Below the pieces are notes generated by a model, which was not told where the DNA came from, made no database searches, and worked only from the letters and a program-made list of their open reading frames with translations. Below are positions 1-17,640 of a stretch of DNA of 64,000 bases, piece by piece; within the stretch, counting starts at the first letter, position 1; each line of letters opens with the position of its first letter. Made by a program: the position numbers and the translations under genes. The stretch is taken from assembly GCF_009914755.1 (NCBI RefSeq), contig NC_060932.1, one strand, 5' to 3'. This DNA comes from the human T2T-CHM13v2.0 reference genome, Homo sapiens.

Positions 1-479
1 GATAAATAGAAACTTTCCTTTTCCTGCCACTGAACAAGCAGGCCTCAGGAAAACTTGATTTAGAGCATCGGTTTACTTTTGCAAGTAAAACGCCCTAAGA
101 GATGGTCCATGTCATGACATTTTCACAGCTGGATTTTGGCACATTTAGGTCTCAGAGGTAACATCACACAGAAGCCTTCTTGTAGAAGTCAACAAAAACC
201 ACCCAGAAGTCAGGACGGACTGAAGTCTACTGACCTAGTAAAACTGAAAATACACAGCTACCTCCGGAAGGACAGAGGGAAAAGCAACATTCAGGGATGG
301 GACTGTTGAGCCACAAGAAATCATGTGACAATTTTTCATCCATGGTTTATCAAGCAGCAATAGGCCTGAACTTTAAACAGTTTACTGACAGAAACATATG
401 TGGCCTCTCTCTCTATAATTATAGTTTAATTATATTAACTACAATTGTGACTAGTTGTAATTATGTGTGTGTGCGCATG

Positions 480-810
480 TGTATATAACATGATAAAATT
501 CATTTTAACCATTTAAGTGCACAGTACATTGGTGCATTCATTAGTACATGCACATTTTCGTGCAACCATCACCTGAATACTTATCATCTTCCCAAACTGC
601 AGTTCTGTACCCACTAAACATGAGCTCCCCACTCACCTCTCCTCCAGCCTCTGGCTACCAACATTCTGTCTCCATACATTTGTCTACTCTAGGTCCTTCC
701 TATACGTGGAATTAAACAGTATGTATCCTTTTGTGACTGACTTATTTCACTTGGCATAATATTCTTAAGGTTCATCCATGTTGTAGCATATTAAGCATGA
801 ATAATATACC
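480..810 (-). mobile_element. Old L1 (L1M-type) 3' fragment
   Basis: Typical antisense L1M 3' UTR text: tccttttgtgactgacttatttcacttggcataat...ttcatccatgttgtagca. Confidence 0.75.
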
Positions 811-1216
811 TTTCCCTCCCTTCCTTCCTTCCTCCCTCCCTCTCTCCCTTCCCTTCTCCTTCCTTCCTCCCCTCCCCTCCCCTCCCCTCTTCTCCCCTCT
901 TCTCCCCTCTTCTCCCCTCCTCCTCCCCCTCTTCTCCCCTCCTCCTCCCCCTCCTCTCCCCTCCTCCTCCCCCTCCTCTCCCCTCCTCCTCCCACTCCTC
1001 TCCCCTCCTCTCCCCTCCTCTCCCCTCCTCTCCCCTCCTCTCCCCTCCTCCTCTCCCCTCCTCTCCCCTCCTCTCCCCTCCTCTCCCCTCCTCCTCTCCC
1101 CTCCTCTCCCCTCCTCTCCCCTCCTCCTCTCCCCTCCTCCTCTCCCCTCCTCCTCTCCCCTCCTCCTCTCCCCTCCTCCCCTCTTCTCTTCTCTTCTTTT
1201 CTTTTCTTTTCTTTCC
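810..1216. repeat. ~400-bp homopyrimidine/homopurine low-complexity tract, (CCTCTCCCCT)n-like
   Basis: Essentially only C and T on the + strand; abuts the tail of an antisense Alu. Confidence 0.97.
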
Positions 1217-1470
1217 ACGGTCACCCCTGTTGCCCAGGCTGGAGTACAGTGTTGTGATCATGGCTCACTGCAGCTGGGCTCAAGCGATCCTCCCACCTCA
1301 GCCTCCCAAGTAGCTGGGACTATAGGTGAGCACCACCACTCCAGGCTAATTTTTGTATTTTTTTGTAGATACGGGGTTTCGCCATGTTACCCAGGATGGG
1401 CGCAAGTGATCTTCCCACCTCAGATTCCCAAGGTGCTGGGATTACAGGCATAAGTCACGGCGCCTTGCCA
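1217..1470 (-). mobile_element. Alu (old, J-like, internally deleted)
   Basis: tgttgcccaggctggagtacagtg...gtgctgggattacaggc. Confidence 0.9.
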
Positions 1471-1489
1471 CATTCTCTCTTCATATAAA

Positions 1490-2415
<926 letters not shown>

Positions 2416-2671
2416 GGAGAGGTTTTCTTTGCGGTAACTGAACAGATTCTTCAGATGGATTAGTTTTTCCCTTTGGGACCCTTCCTAATGTGAAATACTT
2501 TGCTTTTTTAGACTCTGACCTCAGCTCAGTCAGAAAGCCAAGCAGTGGGAGTCATGAATTAATTCCTTAAATATTTCTCATTTTCATATTCTTAACTCAT
2601 TGCTGAGTTCATATTAAAACCAAACAACCTTGAAAGCTCAGAAGAATAGTGTTGTGAAGGTGAAGGATCAG

Positions 2672-2990
<319 letters not shown>

Positions 2991-3413
2991 GGAAGTGAAG
3001 GATCAGACCTGGATGATCCCTAATGTTTCCCCCATCCATTAATGCATCTCTAGAAGTGTCTCTAGAAGTGTTTGTGGACCAAGAGTAGTCTCTTGATGGG
3101 CTTTGAGCTATGTCTCACTCCACACTATCTGAAAGTAGAGGTGGAGTTTCTAATCATTCATGTGCCCATTCAGCTAAGGAACAAGCCCTTTCTCCTGACC
3201 ATAGACCCTAACATTTGAGGAGGAGGGAGCTGTAGATGAAAGGATGACCATTCTCCTTGTAGGCCAATCAAAGCTCCCACAGAAAGAATAAAGGGATATC
3301 CCACTTTCCTACTGTGGTGAACTGCCTGGCATTCCACCCATAGCAGCCATTAACATGTCTCCTGTATGCCACTTCCTTATGAGCTGATTTTTGGAAAAAT
3401 ATTAACTTTCTAA

Positions 3414-4133
<720 letters not shown>

Positions 4134-4136
4134 CCT

Positions 4137-4565
4137 TTATTAGTTTTTTAGGGCTACCATAACAATGTACCAAAAACTGCGTGGCTTAAAACAAGAGAAA
4201 TTGTCTTATAGTTCTGGGGACTAGAAGTCCCAAATCAATGTGTCAGCAAGGCCAGGCTCTCTTTGCCGACCCTAGAGGAGAAGCCTTCCTTGCCTCTCCT
4301 AGCTTTTGGTGTTTGCTGGCAGTTCTTGGTGCTACTTGGCTTGTACCTGCATCACTCCCCTCACATGGCTGTCTTCATGTCTCTCTACAGATGAACACCA
4401 GTCATTGGATTAGGGCCCATCCTAATGACCTCATTTCAACTTGATTACATCTGTAAAGACCCTACGTCTAAGAAGGTCACATTCTGTAGCACTGGGGGTT
4501 AGGACTTCAACATTTATTTTCTGGGGGGTTAGGTAGGGGGAACCACGCAACTTAGCCCATAACAG
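4137..4565. mobile_element. MLT1-type MaLR solo LTR
   Basis: gggctaccataacaa...ggcttaaaacaa...gaacaccagtcattggattagggccc...ggttaggacttcaaca matches the recalled MLT1 consensus. Confidence 0.8.
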
Positions 4566-4642
4566 TAACATTTTGAAAAAACGACGTTTGCAAAAACTTA
4601 ATGTATCTGTCACTGAATGCACACCCACATATAGTTATATAT

Positions 4643-5308
<666 letters not shown>

Positions 5309-6029
5309 TATAGAAAAGGGGAAAAAAGTGTTTTTCTTCTTCACCACTGACATCTGTGCTCTGTGGTGCTTGAGCACAAAAGAAAGATCATAACAACCTT
5401 GAACCTTTGGCTCTCAGTCCTGTGTGGTTTGATATTCTGACCATCTGTAGTTATTACTTAAATAATATCTTTCAGTTTGGGCAAAAAAAATCTATTCAGT
5501 GCTTGGAATATGATACTATAAATTATTTAGAATGTTTTATCTTGCATAGTGCTGCCTAGAATTAATGTCTGAGAAGAATGGGATGTTGGATATGTTTTTC
5601 TTAAAAAAGGTGGGACATGAGGATGTGATTCCATAATCAAAGGACAGGGATTAACTGATAAGATATGTGAATTTCCACACCTCAGAGAAGAAAGAGATAG
5701 CTTTGGGGTGGCAAATGATAGAGCCGATTATCACTCTGAGAGGAAAGAGAGGAGTGGGGCTGTGTGCGTTTGCTAGACCAAGCTCTAACTGGCTTGCTGA
5801 GAATGTTATCTCCTAGCAGGACAGAAGGAAGCTAGAAGGGCTCATCACAGCAAGTTTTTGAAAGATCTTTTTCCTTCCCTCCCTATGCAGTCCTCTCCAT
5901 GGTGGTTTTGGGACCCAAATTGCCACTAGGGCAGGCTTAGCTTTCAAGCCTGGAGCAGATGCCCAGGACGTCCAGGGCACCAACCTCTCCCATCTGCAAT
6001 TACCCTCCTCCCCTTATGAAATACTCCCT

Positions 6030-6436
<407 letters not shown>

Positions 6437-8603
6437 TAGAACCTCCTGCTACTATAAACAAAGTCACTAAGAGCTTAAGCTTGTCTCAGACACTCCCTGG
6501 CTCATGCAATTAACTGGAACCTGGAATTTCCGTGATAACATCTCTTGCCTTTTTGTCCTCCACAAGAGATCTCTCTTTAGACTGCTCTGCATTTTAAAAG
6601 GTCTGGAAGGGAAGGGGTCATGCTTCTTGTTTTTCTTATGGCCTCTTCTGTATTCCTGGGTCCCCCAATTCTTGGCCTCTTCCTATCACTTTTGCGCCTT
6701 CTTCACAATACTCCTGCAACCCCTTCATTTGTTCTGGGGGCTCCAAACACCACTTCTGGCAGGATGACTTCATTCACCAAACGGTGGCTACACACTTCCA
6801 ACCCAACAGACCACAGACTGAATTCTGTGACTTTCCCGTTTGTAATAATGATACCATCATTCTACCGGTCTCTAGGGGCTAAAACTCTACTGGTCACCTT
6901 TGATTCCTTCCTCTCTGTCAGTAATAGCACCTACTCCTGTGTTTCTGCGAGGCTTACATGAGAAAAGCCAGGTACATCACTGATCACACAGGGCGTGATG
7001 CTGAGTAAGTGCTCCATAATGTAAGGCTTTATTCGTTAATAGATTATTGCTCACAGTGAATCCACGAAGTAACCAATCCCCATTTCTCCCTCTTCATGTC
7101 TCTCAAAACCACACACACCATCCATTCTTTCTGTTTCCCTTGCCATGTTCCTTATCAAAACACATCAACTGCCATCTGGACCAGGGATAGGAACGCTAAG
7201 CCAGACTCCTTGTCTCCAATCTCTTCTCCCACTTCCTAATCCATCTGGGATACAAGATCCAGAGAAAGCTAATGAAAAACCACCTTAGTGATGTCATTCT
7301 GCTGCTCGGAAATGTCAACACTTTCTTGATGGCTCACCTGGAAACGAAGTTCTTCTCTTCTAGTGCCACACTCCATTTCCAGGCCTGTCTCCAAAAACCA
7401 TGATCCAGCCAGTCTAGAATGCAAAACCTCTGAAAAGTCTTCCGCCTCTCCCACGTCCATTCATTTGCAGATAACATTGTCTCAGTCTGGAAAGTCCCCA
7501 TCCTCCACAGATTGAAATCGTTCTCATCTTCTAAAGCTCCCCTCCTCTATAGAGCCACTTTCTGTGTTTCTTCTGTCTGTTTCTCCCTTGAACCCCCACT
7601 GCCCCGACTTATCTTCCTCTCATAGAGCTTATTTTTTTTTTTTTTTGCTCTTACTCGTCTTTCTTTTCCCAGTAGGACCTCATGCAGTGCTTATAAGTAG
7701 AAGTCACTCAATACATATTCGTTGAGAAAACTGAATATCGTTCTCGCTTTTAGGTGAGATGCATGTCTCTATTATTTGAGATGTATGCTCTGGCTGAGGA
7801 GATAATATGTGTGGGATTTCTTTGGCTCAATCTTCATACTATCTGACCCCTCTCCAATACCCCAGCTTGTATTTTTGCAGTATAATTTAATGGCACATCC
7901 TTCCTAATCCTGCCATTTTGCCTAATTCCAAACTACCTTACTTTACTCACCCCGAAGCACTCCCAGCCTTGACCTCTTGTCCCAGTTTCCTAAAATATAA
8001 CTGCTCTTGTACGGAATGGTGCCGCTGGACTAAAACTCTGACGAGGAATTGCTGTTCTTCAAGGTCTGGTCTGTATCAGGGAGCCCACGCCCTGCAGTTA
8101 AAAGTGTCATAAAAATGGACTGATAAGTAGCTAGAAGCAGAATGCTGTGTCTACACAAATTACACTGCATTGCAGGGTACAGTTTGGAAGTTCAAGCAAG
8201 AATTCTTTATGAAAATGAATGAGCTTACCGTAGCTTGACTGAGGATATCATATACTTAACAGTCACTGGTAGAGCACTGCCTAAGAGTGTGGGTATTTTA
8301 TGTGCATCCCAGTGACTCCTTTGAAGTGTTTCTTGATTCTTTTCATTAGGCAAGATGAAGTCGTCTCTATGGCCATGTTGCTGGCTTTTAAAAAGATGCA
8401 CATTATATGTCAGCAACTACAGTATAATGCATTTACTTTGTGTGAGCACAGCAAACCACTTAAGAACACACTTTATTTTGTAGACACACTGAATTTACCC
8501 TTCAAGTACTGCCCCATGCCACAGAACTACAAGTCTTGCCACATTATGGCTTTCTCTTATAATTATGCTCTTTAGCCTGTTCATGTATTAAGAATAAATT
8601 AGG

Positions 8604-9546
<943 letters not shown>

Positions 9547-9719
9547 AGTATTTGTTCAAATGATTTCTCTCCACTTAGGGGAGAGAGAAAAATAGGGCTG
9601 GACTACCTGCACTTGGCAAGGGCAGAGTGGCAGAGTAGACTTGCCTACCAGCGAAGCCAGACAGCCTTTGGTTCCAATCTTAGTACTACCACTTTTCAGC
9701 TGAGGAACCCCAGCAAATT

Positions 9720-9810
9720 GTGAGGCCCCCGAGCCTCAGTTTTCTTATCTGTAGAATGGGGATAATGATGCTCTCCTCATAGGATTGCTTAGCGCTGGGT
9801 AGGTCCTTAA
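9720..9810 (+). mobile_element. MIR core fragment
   Basis: gagcctcagttttcttatctgtagaatggggataat. Confidence 0.75.
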
Positions 9811-10499
9811 GGAATGTCCATTGCACTCCCATCCCTCTACAGCTTCCCCCAGATTCTGTCCTCTTAGGAGGCATGGGTGTCACTGGAACATGAGGAAGAA
9901 TTCCCTGGATCCTTTTTTCCCTTTCCTCACACAGAAGCCAAACCTCAAATACACATCTTCCCTCTCTGTCCACACCCACAGCAGCAAAGAGGAGAGCCAG
10001 GGATCTGGGGGTGGGGGTGGGGGCCCATCTTCCTCCTCTCAGTGGGTGGGGGCTCGCAGGCTGACTGGCAGAGGACCTTCACTGGAGTCAAAATAAACTG
10101 CCTTCCTGGGGAGGGGATAGAGGGCGAGAGAAGCCGCAGGTATTGTTTTGTGGGGGAGGGGGGTCCTCTTCCTATTCCATTTCACTGAATTCTTCCCACC
10201 CGGCATGGCCCTGGGAGGTGACCATAGCCCTGGCTCCCCGAGTAAACACCCAGGTCAAGCTACAGGACTGACTGGGTCTTAAGCTATTATACTCCCAGTG
10301 AAAAGATTTTTTTAGCCCGAGGACTATCTCGAACTCGTTCTATCTCAGTGAATGACTCACTGGAAACGGTGTAAACACAGGTGTATTACTGGCCTGCGGA
10401 AGACTTGGATGTCCCAGCATGGTAGAAGGCCAGGTCCCTGCAGTGCAACGCTTGCATTCTACATCCAGAAAACTAAAGTTCAAAGAGGTTAAGCAATTT

Positions 10500-11950
10500 G
10501 CCAGAATCCTGCAGTCCAGGGACTGAGCGGAACCTGGAATCCGCCACCGGGACTTCCAGCCCTGCTCCCTCCGGCGCCACCCTCTTCCCAGAGGTAGGGA
10601 GAGCTGAGGCTCGCTGTGCTCACGTGGCTTTCAGAGCCCGCCTCGGACCCTGACCTGTATTCCACTCCCGACCCCACACTTCCTCGTTTCCCCTTCCTTC
10701 TCCCTCTCTTCCCAGGGTCCCGCAGGGCCGGCTGGATGAAGTGATGCCGGGCACCTATACACGCATGATGGCAAAAGGAGGATTGCAACGCCAGAGCTCG
10801 CCCCTCCAAAGCTGTGCAGGGTCCCCACCGAGGAGGGGGTGCAAACGGGTGCTGGGCTCGGGGGTCAGCCCGCGCCAAGTCTGGGGCTGGGGGCGGAGCC
10901 TGCCGGTCCGGGGCGGGAGGGTGGGCAAGAGAGGGAGTCCCGGGGCCTGGAGACTTTGGAGGAGTCGGGGCCCTGGGGGTAGGAGACCGCCGGGTGGGAG
11001 CGGCAGGCGCAAGCCGGGCGGCGGGGCGCGCGGGCCAGGCGGGGCCGGGCGGCGGCAGGGACTGCGGAGGTGCGGCGTGAGCTGGGGCGGGCGGCGTCAC
11101 CGGAGGCGGAGGGGGCGGAGCCGCGCTCACAGCTGCCACCCGGCCGCCGGGCCCAGGCAGAAGCCACCCGCCCGCGGCCGGGCACGCACCGCGCGCAGAC
11201 CTTCTGCGAACAATGCTCCGGCCGGGCGGCTGGCGGCTCGGAGACCGACGGAGGGGCCGGGGGAGCGCAGCCCAGAGGTGAGCCCGCGACGCGCTCTCCA
11301 AATTCGGCCTCTTTTTGTCTGGCGAGCGTGGTCGCAGAGGGGAGCTTTGGAGGGGCGCTGCGATCGCCGAGCGGGCTACCCCCGGGGTGACAGGCGACCG
11401 CTCGGGAAGTGGGCAGTGCCGGGGCCGCGTGAGCCCCGGGTGGTGCCCGAGGTGCAGGGAGGCGCCCGGCCGGGAGGACCGAGGAGCTGGAGGGTGTTTT
11501 TGATTCATTCGAGAATCGCGCTCTTTAAAACGGGGAAACTTTCCTACGAGTTCCAGGAGGGAGGACCGACTGTTAGGATGGTTTCTCTGGTCTTGCTGCT
11601 CTGTCTGCGGCCGGAGGCTGAAGCGCTTTGAGGACTGCTTTCCACCGCTAGAGTATTGTCAAGGGGGAGAGACGGAAGGCCGCCTGGCTGCTGGGACCAG
11701 GACCCGGGGGGATGGTTTGGGGGTGCAGGGTATGCAGCAGCGGGGCTCCAGAGGCAACGAGATGATGCCCTTTTCCCCGAGCCCTGGCTGAGCCCTCTGA
11801 AACGCATGCTGTGAGCACGTTATTAACCTTTGCTGGTATCCGGGGACACACACACTTAGAACATAGAATCCTCTGCTGGGCATGGAGGCGGCCGGGCATT
11901 CGCAGCGGAGAGCGCCAGCTCACGGTGTGTGCGTTTCTCTCAGGTAAGCT
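10500..11950. promoter_or_regulatory. PRAG1: CpG island / TATA-less promoter of PRAG1
   Basis: Very GC- and CpG-rich tract with multiple GC boxes (GGGGCGGAG near 10890 and 11112, GGGGCGGG near 10910 and 11084) and an E-box CACGTG at 10621. It lies about 4.5 kb upstream of the first coding exon. Confidence 0.9.
11150..11277 (+). other. PRAG1: Non-coding exon 1 of PRAG1 (5' end approximate)
   Basis: Donor CCCAGAG|GTGAGC at 11277/11278 inside the CpG island, just downstream of the GC boxes. The TSS cannot be fixed from sequence. Confidence 0.75.
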
Positions 11951-13999
11951 CTCCCTGCACATGGTTTTGCAGAGCCGATAGCAAAGCCCAATGGTCTAGG
12001 GGCGAGGAGTTTTGGCGATGCATTCAGTGCGGAGTCAGGCTCAGAAGGCTTTCCTGATCACTGGCCTGAACTATTCTTAACAACTCCTCTCCCCTTCCCT
12101 TTCTGAGAAGAAAATTTGACAGAAAGCCCTAGGGAATTCCGCAGTTATTTTTCTCTCCTGAGGTCTGGTTGGTTTCGACTGTAGTGGGTGCAAAACCACA
12201 TTCCTCCCTCTGAGATTTTCTTTCCTCCAGCACTGGAGGAAGAAAAAAGAAAAGGAAAAGTTGGGTGAATATCGTAATTTACCCTCTGCGTGAGTAGGGA
12301 GGCAGGGGGCTAGTGGGTGGTAAAGTTGTCACTTTCTCCTTTCTGCCTGGTCAGCCCTGGCCAGTGGAGTGTGCTGAAGTTCAGACACTTTCCACACATA
12401 TTTCTTTCCTTTTACTGGCGTTGCATTAATTTAACTGTAACATACAGAAAAAAATTTTAGGTGAATGTTTTCTGCAATTCTGTCACTTCAGAATAAGGCA
12501 TAAGCAACTTCTGATGTAAGTCTGAGGGGGTATTTTGGGCCAAAATATTTAATCTTAAAGATCTGGCCACCTTGATTCTTCAGATTCTTTTTTGAAATGG
12601 GGTGGGAGTGTATCTGACAGCTTCAGTCTTGCAAACTGTAGCCACAAATCTAGTGCAGAAGTTTGCAGAGGCAAAGACATTTTTTTCATGACTTGGATCA
12701 GAAAGAATGCTGAGCTCTTTTTTCTAATCTGACACTGCAGCCTCCTACTGAAATGGGGAGGATTTGCATAATTCTGGGGGCTGCCTCCCCTCAGAAGTAA
12801 GGAATGTGGGCTGCGAAGTGCCTTCCCCATGCTGTGGAGAGCTGGCACTGCTGCACCAGGCAAGGCGAGGCAAGGCTTTGTGGGTGCCACTTGTGTTTCT
12901 CACCATCTTTTACTTAAAACAAATAGGAGATAATTCCAGGCACAGAAGTGCAACGGGAAAAGAGGTTTTTTTTTTTTTTTTTTTTTTTTGGCTGCATGCG
13001 GTGGTAAATTCTGTTTGCTGCGACTGAGAAACCAGTTTTAACAGGATGCAGTGAGTCAATGACAGTGGGAAGCCCAGGGCTTCATTTGTTCTTTTCTTAT
13101 TCAATGACTTCCCTTTAAAAATCTTTGCGTCCATCCGTCCCTGGCAGTCGTGTGATGAAAGTTGCCTCTCTAAACATCCAAGGATTTCTGAGCTGAGAAT
13201 GGGAGCAAAGAGTGCTCGTAAACTGATGAGACATTCTCAAGGAAACTTCCCCCACGCTAGCAATCCAGATCCTTCCACACTCCCTTTGCACAGGGCTGTG
13301 CAAAGGTTGGGGAATCTTAGAAAGTAGGGCCTCTGATACCAATGTCACCCCTTCCGCAAAAACAAGTTTGTGTTCTTACTTGCCTGTTGAGGAGGCAATA
13401 AGTCGCCAAGCAGAACTGCTGCTTTGTGAATCTGTGATAGACCCTGAGGAAGTGGTTGGGCACCCACCTCCTCAGATAGCCCAGTGTCAGGAGGAGCTGT
13501 GGGAACTTGCAGAGCCCACACAGAGCTGGTTTCCAAACTGTCTTCCTCCATCCCGCGGAGCAGGCATGGGAGCATCTGCCTGCAGTGGAGGTGGGCTGGA
13601 CAGTGTCCTTTCTGTGGCCTAGAAGGTGTAGACAGTCTTCACCCATCAGCGTCCCAGGAAGGGACCTACTGCCTATTCCTGAAGGCTGGAATACTTCCTC
13701 TGCTTTTTCCCCCTCCCAAAACTTAGCAGCAAGGCTACAGTTCTCTGTGGCCTGAGATTATAAGAGAAAGACAAAACCTGGCTATTTCCTCCGCTTGTTG
13801 AAGCCCAGTGACCTCTTCTGGAGAACTTGGCAAAGAAGGAACCTGCTACTTGGGTGTATTTGGAGGAGGAGAAGAACCTAGCTAACAGTCTTCTTAAAGA
13901 AAAGGACCTGTGAGACCCTAACAATAACTGCTAAAAGATACTTTTCTTTTATTTCAGAGGATTTATTTAGCTTAAAGATGCAGTGGGCTTTATTCTTAA

Positions 14000-14348
<349 letters not shown>

Positions 14349-15763
14349 TAGCTTCAGCACTTGTTGAATGAACACCCCTGTCTATGAGTGTGGAGATAAA
14401 AGAGAGCACTTCCCACAAACACTCTGGAATGATTTTTGGGGTACCCGGCTCATTCCACCTGGTTAGTCCTGTTGACAGTTTAGAGATTATCAAACTTAAG
14501 GCAGATCCTTATGGGAGGAAAGTGGAGAGAAAACCCTAAGGCAAAATGGTCCCTATTTAATGAGAACCTATTCACCCTTATGTTCTTAAGGAAGATTTTG
14601 CTCTTGAACATTCTCCTTATGGGAAGTCAGTTTATTTTAAATAGGCTAAGAAGAGCCAGGAGCAATGCGCAAATCACCACTGCAGGGAGGAGCCGCCTGC
14701 AAAGTTGGCTTCTGTTTCTAGAATGGGCAAACTCTCCCGTGTCTATGGGCTGGTCCAAGTTCTTGTGTTTGCCATAGTTTCCCCACCTGTAAAATTGGGA
14801 CAACAGCTACCTGATGGAATGATTTCAAGGTAATTGGTTAATGGCTGCAACTCTTTGAGCTCCTTCTCAGTGGTGAATTTACAAGGGACCATGGTGCAAA
14901 CTGTTACTTGCAGTTTTACTCTAAGAAGCAATGAATTTTTTGAGCAAGCCAATTGCCTTCTCTCCAGAGCCATCACTTGGAAATAGCTCTTCGTTAATCT
15001 CTTCTCTCTCTTATCATCTATCCAGCCACCTTTGACCATGAATTTGTCTTACTACTGGTTTGCCCCTTTGGCCTATAACACCCAGCATTGTGGACCTCAG
15101 CAGCACACGGTCAAGTAATGTATATTAAGCAAGGGATATTTCTCAAGATGCCAGACTCTGCATAAGGTCTAGAGGACAGGCCAGCACCCCACTTCTCCCG
15201 TTTCCCAACCATTCCTTTCTCCACCTGGTTGGAAGTGTGGATTACAATGCACCTTTCAGGGCCTAAAGCTGCCTCCCCTCTCACACAGTTCTTGGTCAAA
15301 CATTATTTTCCAAAAGCCATTGTTTTTATTTGCTGTACTGCTTGACAGTTCTTGTTTCTGTGGGTCAGCGTCCCAGACTCTAGGCCCCGGTGTCAGGGAA
15401 TACATGGATGACGTACCAGCTTCTCATCTTAAACCCTACGTGATTTCTTCCCATAACTGCCCAAAACCTCCCAGGATTTTAGGGGACTCCCCACCCAGGA
15501 TTTTAGGGGACCGAAATGTCTTTTATTTACTCCTTTAAAGCAACAAGGCTATGTTTAGTTTTTACAGCTTCTGATAAGGCCACACCACCAGAGAATGTTT
15601 AAGAGCCTTGTGACAAATGGGCGAGGGTCCCAAAATAAATGGGATCCTAATCTTTACCTTTTTCTCCTCCTTCTCCCTGATCAAATAGTGAGACTCTAAT
15701 TGATAATGCACCCATTGTCTGGCATGGCAAATCTCTAATCAGGAAACTGTCCTGCCTTTCTAG

Positions 15764-15850
15764 GAAGCCGCTCTGTGACCCACCTCTGAATCCCACAAAA
15801 CTGCACCAGAGAGCCGGGCGCAAGATGAACCAGCACCCTGTCGGCTCAAG
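15764..15850 (+). other. PRAG1: 5' UTR part of PRAG1 exon 2
   Basis: Acceptor cctgcctttctag|G at 15763/15764, with a branch-point-like ctctaat just upstream. Confidence 0.85.
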
Positions 15851-16180
15851 ATGCACCAGACCCTCTGCCTGAACCCCGAGAGCCTGAAAATGTCTGCGTG
15901 CAGTGACTTTGTGGAGCACATCTGGAAACCCGGGTCCTGCAAGAACTGCTTCTGCCTGCGGAGCGACCACCAGCTGGTGGCCGGCCCTCCCCAGCCCAGA
16001 GCGGGCAGCCTGCCCCCTCCACCGCGCCTGCCTCCCAGGCCTGAGAACTGCCGCCTGGAAGATGAAGGTGTGAACAGCTCACCTTACTCCAAGCCCACAA
16101 TTGCCGTGAAGCCCACCATGATGAGCTCCGAGGCCTCTGATGTGTGGACAGAGGCCAACCTGAGTGCCGAAGTCTCGCAG
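15851..16180 (+). CDS. PRAG1: PRAG1 coding exon (exon 2), codons 1-110; Cys/His-rich N-terminal motif shared with PEAK1
   Basis: Translates to MHQTLCLNPESLKMSACSDFVEHIWKPGSCKNCFCLRSDH...AEVSQ, recognised as the pragmin/SgK223 N-terminus. Donor CAG|GTGAGG; 330 nt, phase 0. Confidence 0.97.
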
Positions 16181-16715
16181 GTGAGGCTGACTAACACTCG
16201 TGGTATTTTTACAGGGGCTGCTCCTGTTTGAACACTTGGTGACTGGCTGGCAGCCAGGGAGGGCTGTTCCAGCAAGAAACCTGCAGGATAGCTTCCTGTC
16301 AGTTTGCCCTGAGATGGCTCCTGCCTGGGATTCGCTGTAGCTGCTCTCCTTTCTCTCTGTCCCTTTAGGCTAAGAATCATTAATCCAGTCCCCCAGAATT
16401 TCCTCCTGTGATTTGCAGACTGTGTAGGGCAGACAAAAAATGAAGCTTTTTTAAAAAAAAGTTTTAAATTTTCTTAGTTGATCATTTTAAATATATATAC
16501 AAGTAGCAATAATTGCAAAGTGAATTGCATGCACCCAATACCCTTCAATATGAACTTCAGCAACCATCAACTCCTGACCAATCTTATTTCACCTCCCTCA
16601 CACTGACCCCCTTCCCTATGATTTTAAAGCAAACCCAGATATCACATCATTTCAATAAATACCTTTCAAAGATAAAGTCTTTCTGAAAAACATAACCACA
16701 ATACCATTATCACAC

Positions 16716-17640
<925 letters not shown>

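Noticed and set aside
765-1453. Long ORFs on both strands (up to 218 aa)
   Set aside because: Artefacts of the stop-free CT/GA low-complexity tract plus Alu sequence.
10489-11631. 339-aa (-) and 296-aa (+) ORFs across the CpG island
   Set aside because: GC-rich DNA is poor in stop codons; the Pro/Arg/Gly-rich products resemble no family, and the + ORF runs through the exon 1 donor.
15470-15511. Short direct repeat CCCAGGATTTTAGGGGAC x2 (and a 12-bp doublet near 3047-3070)
   Set aside because: Ordinary slippage duplications with no evidence of function.
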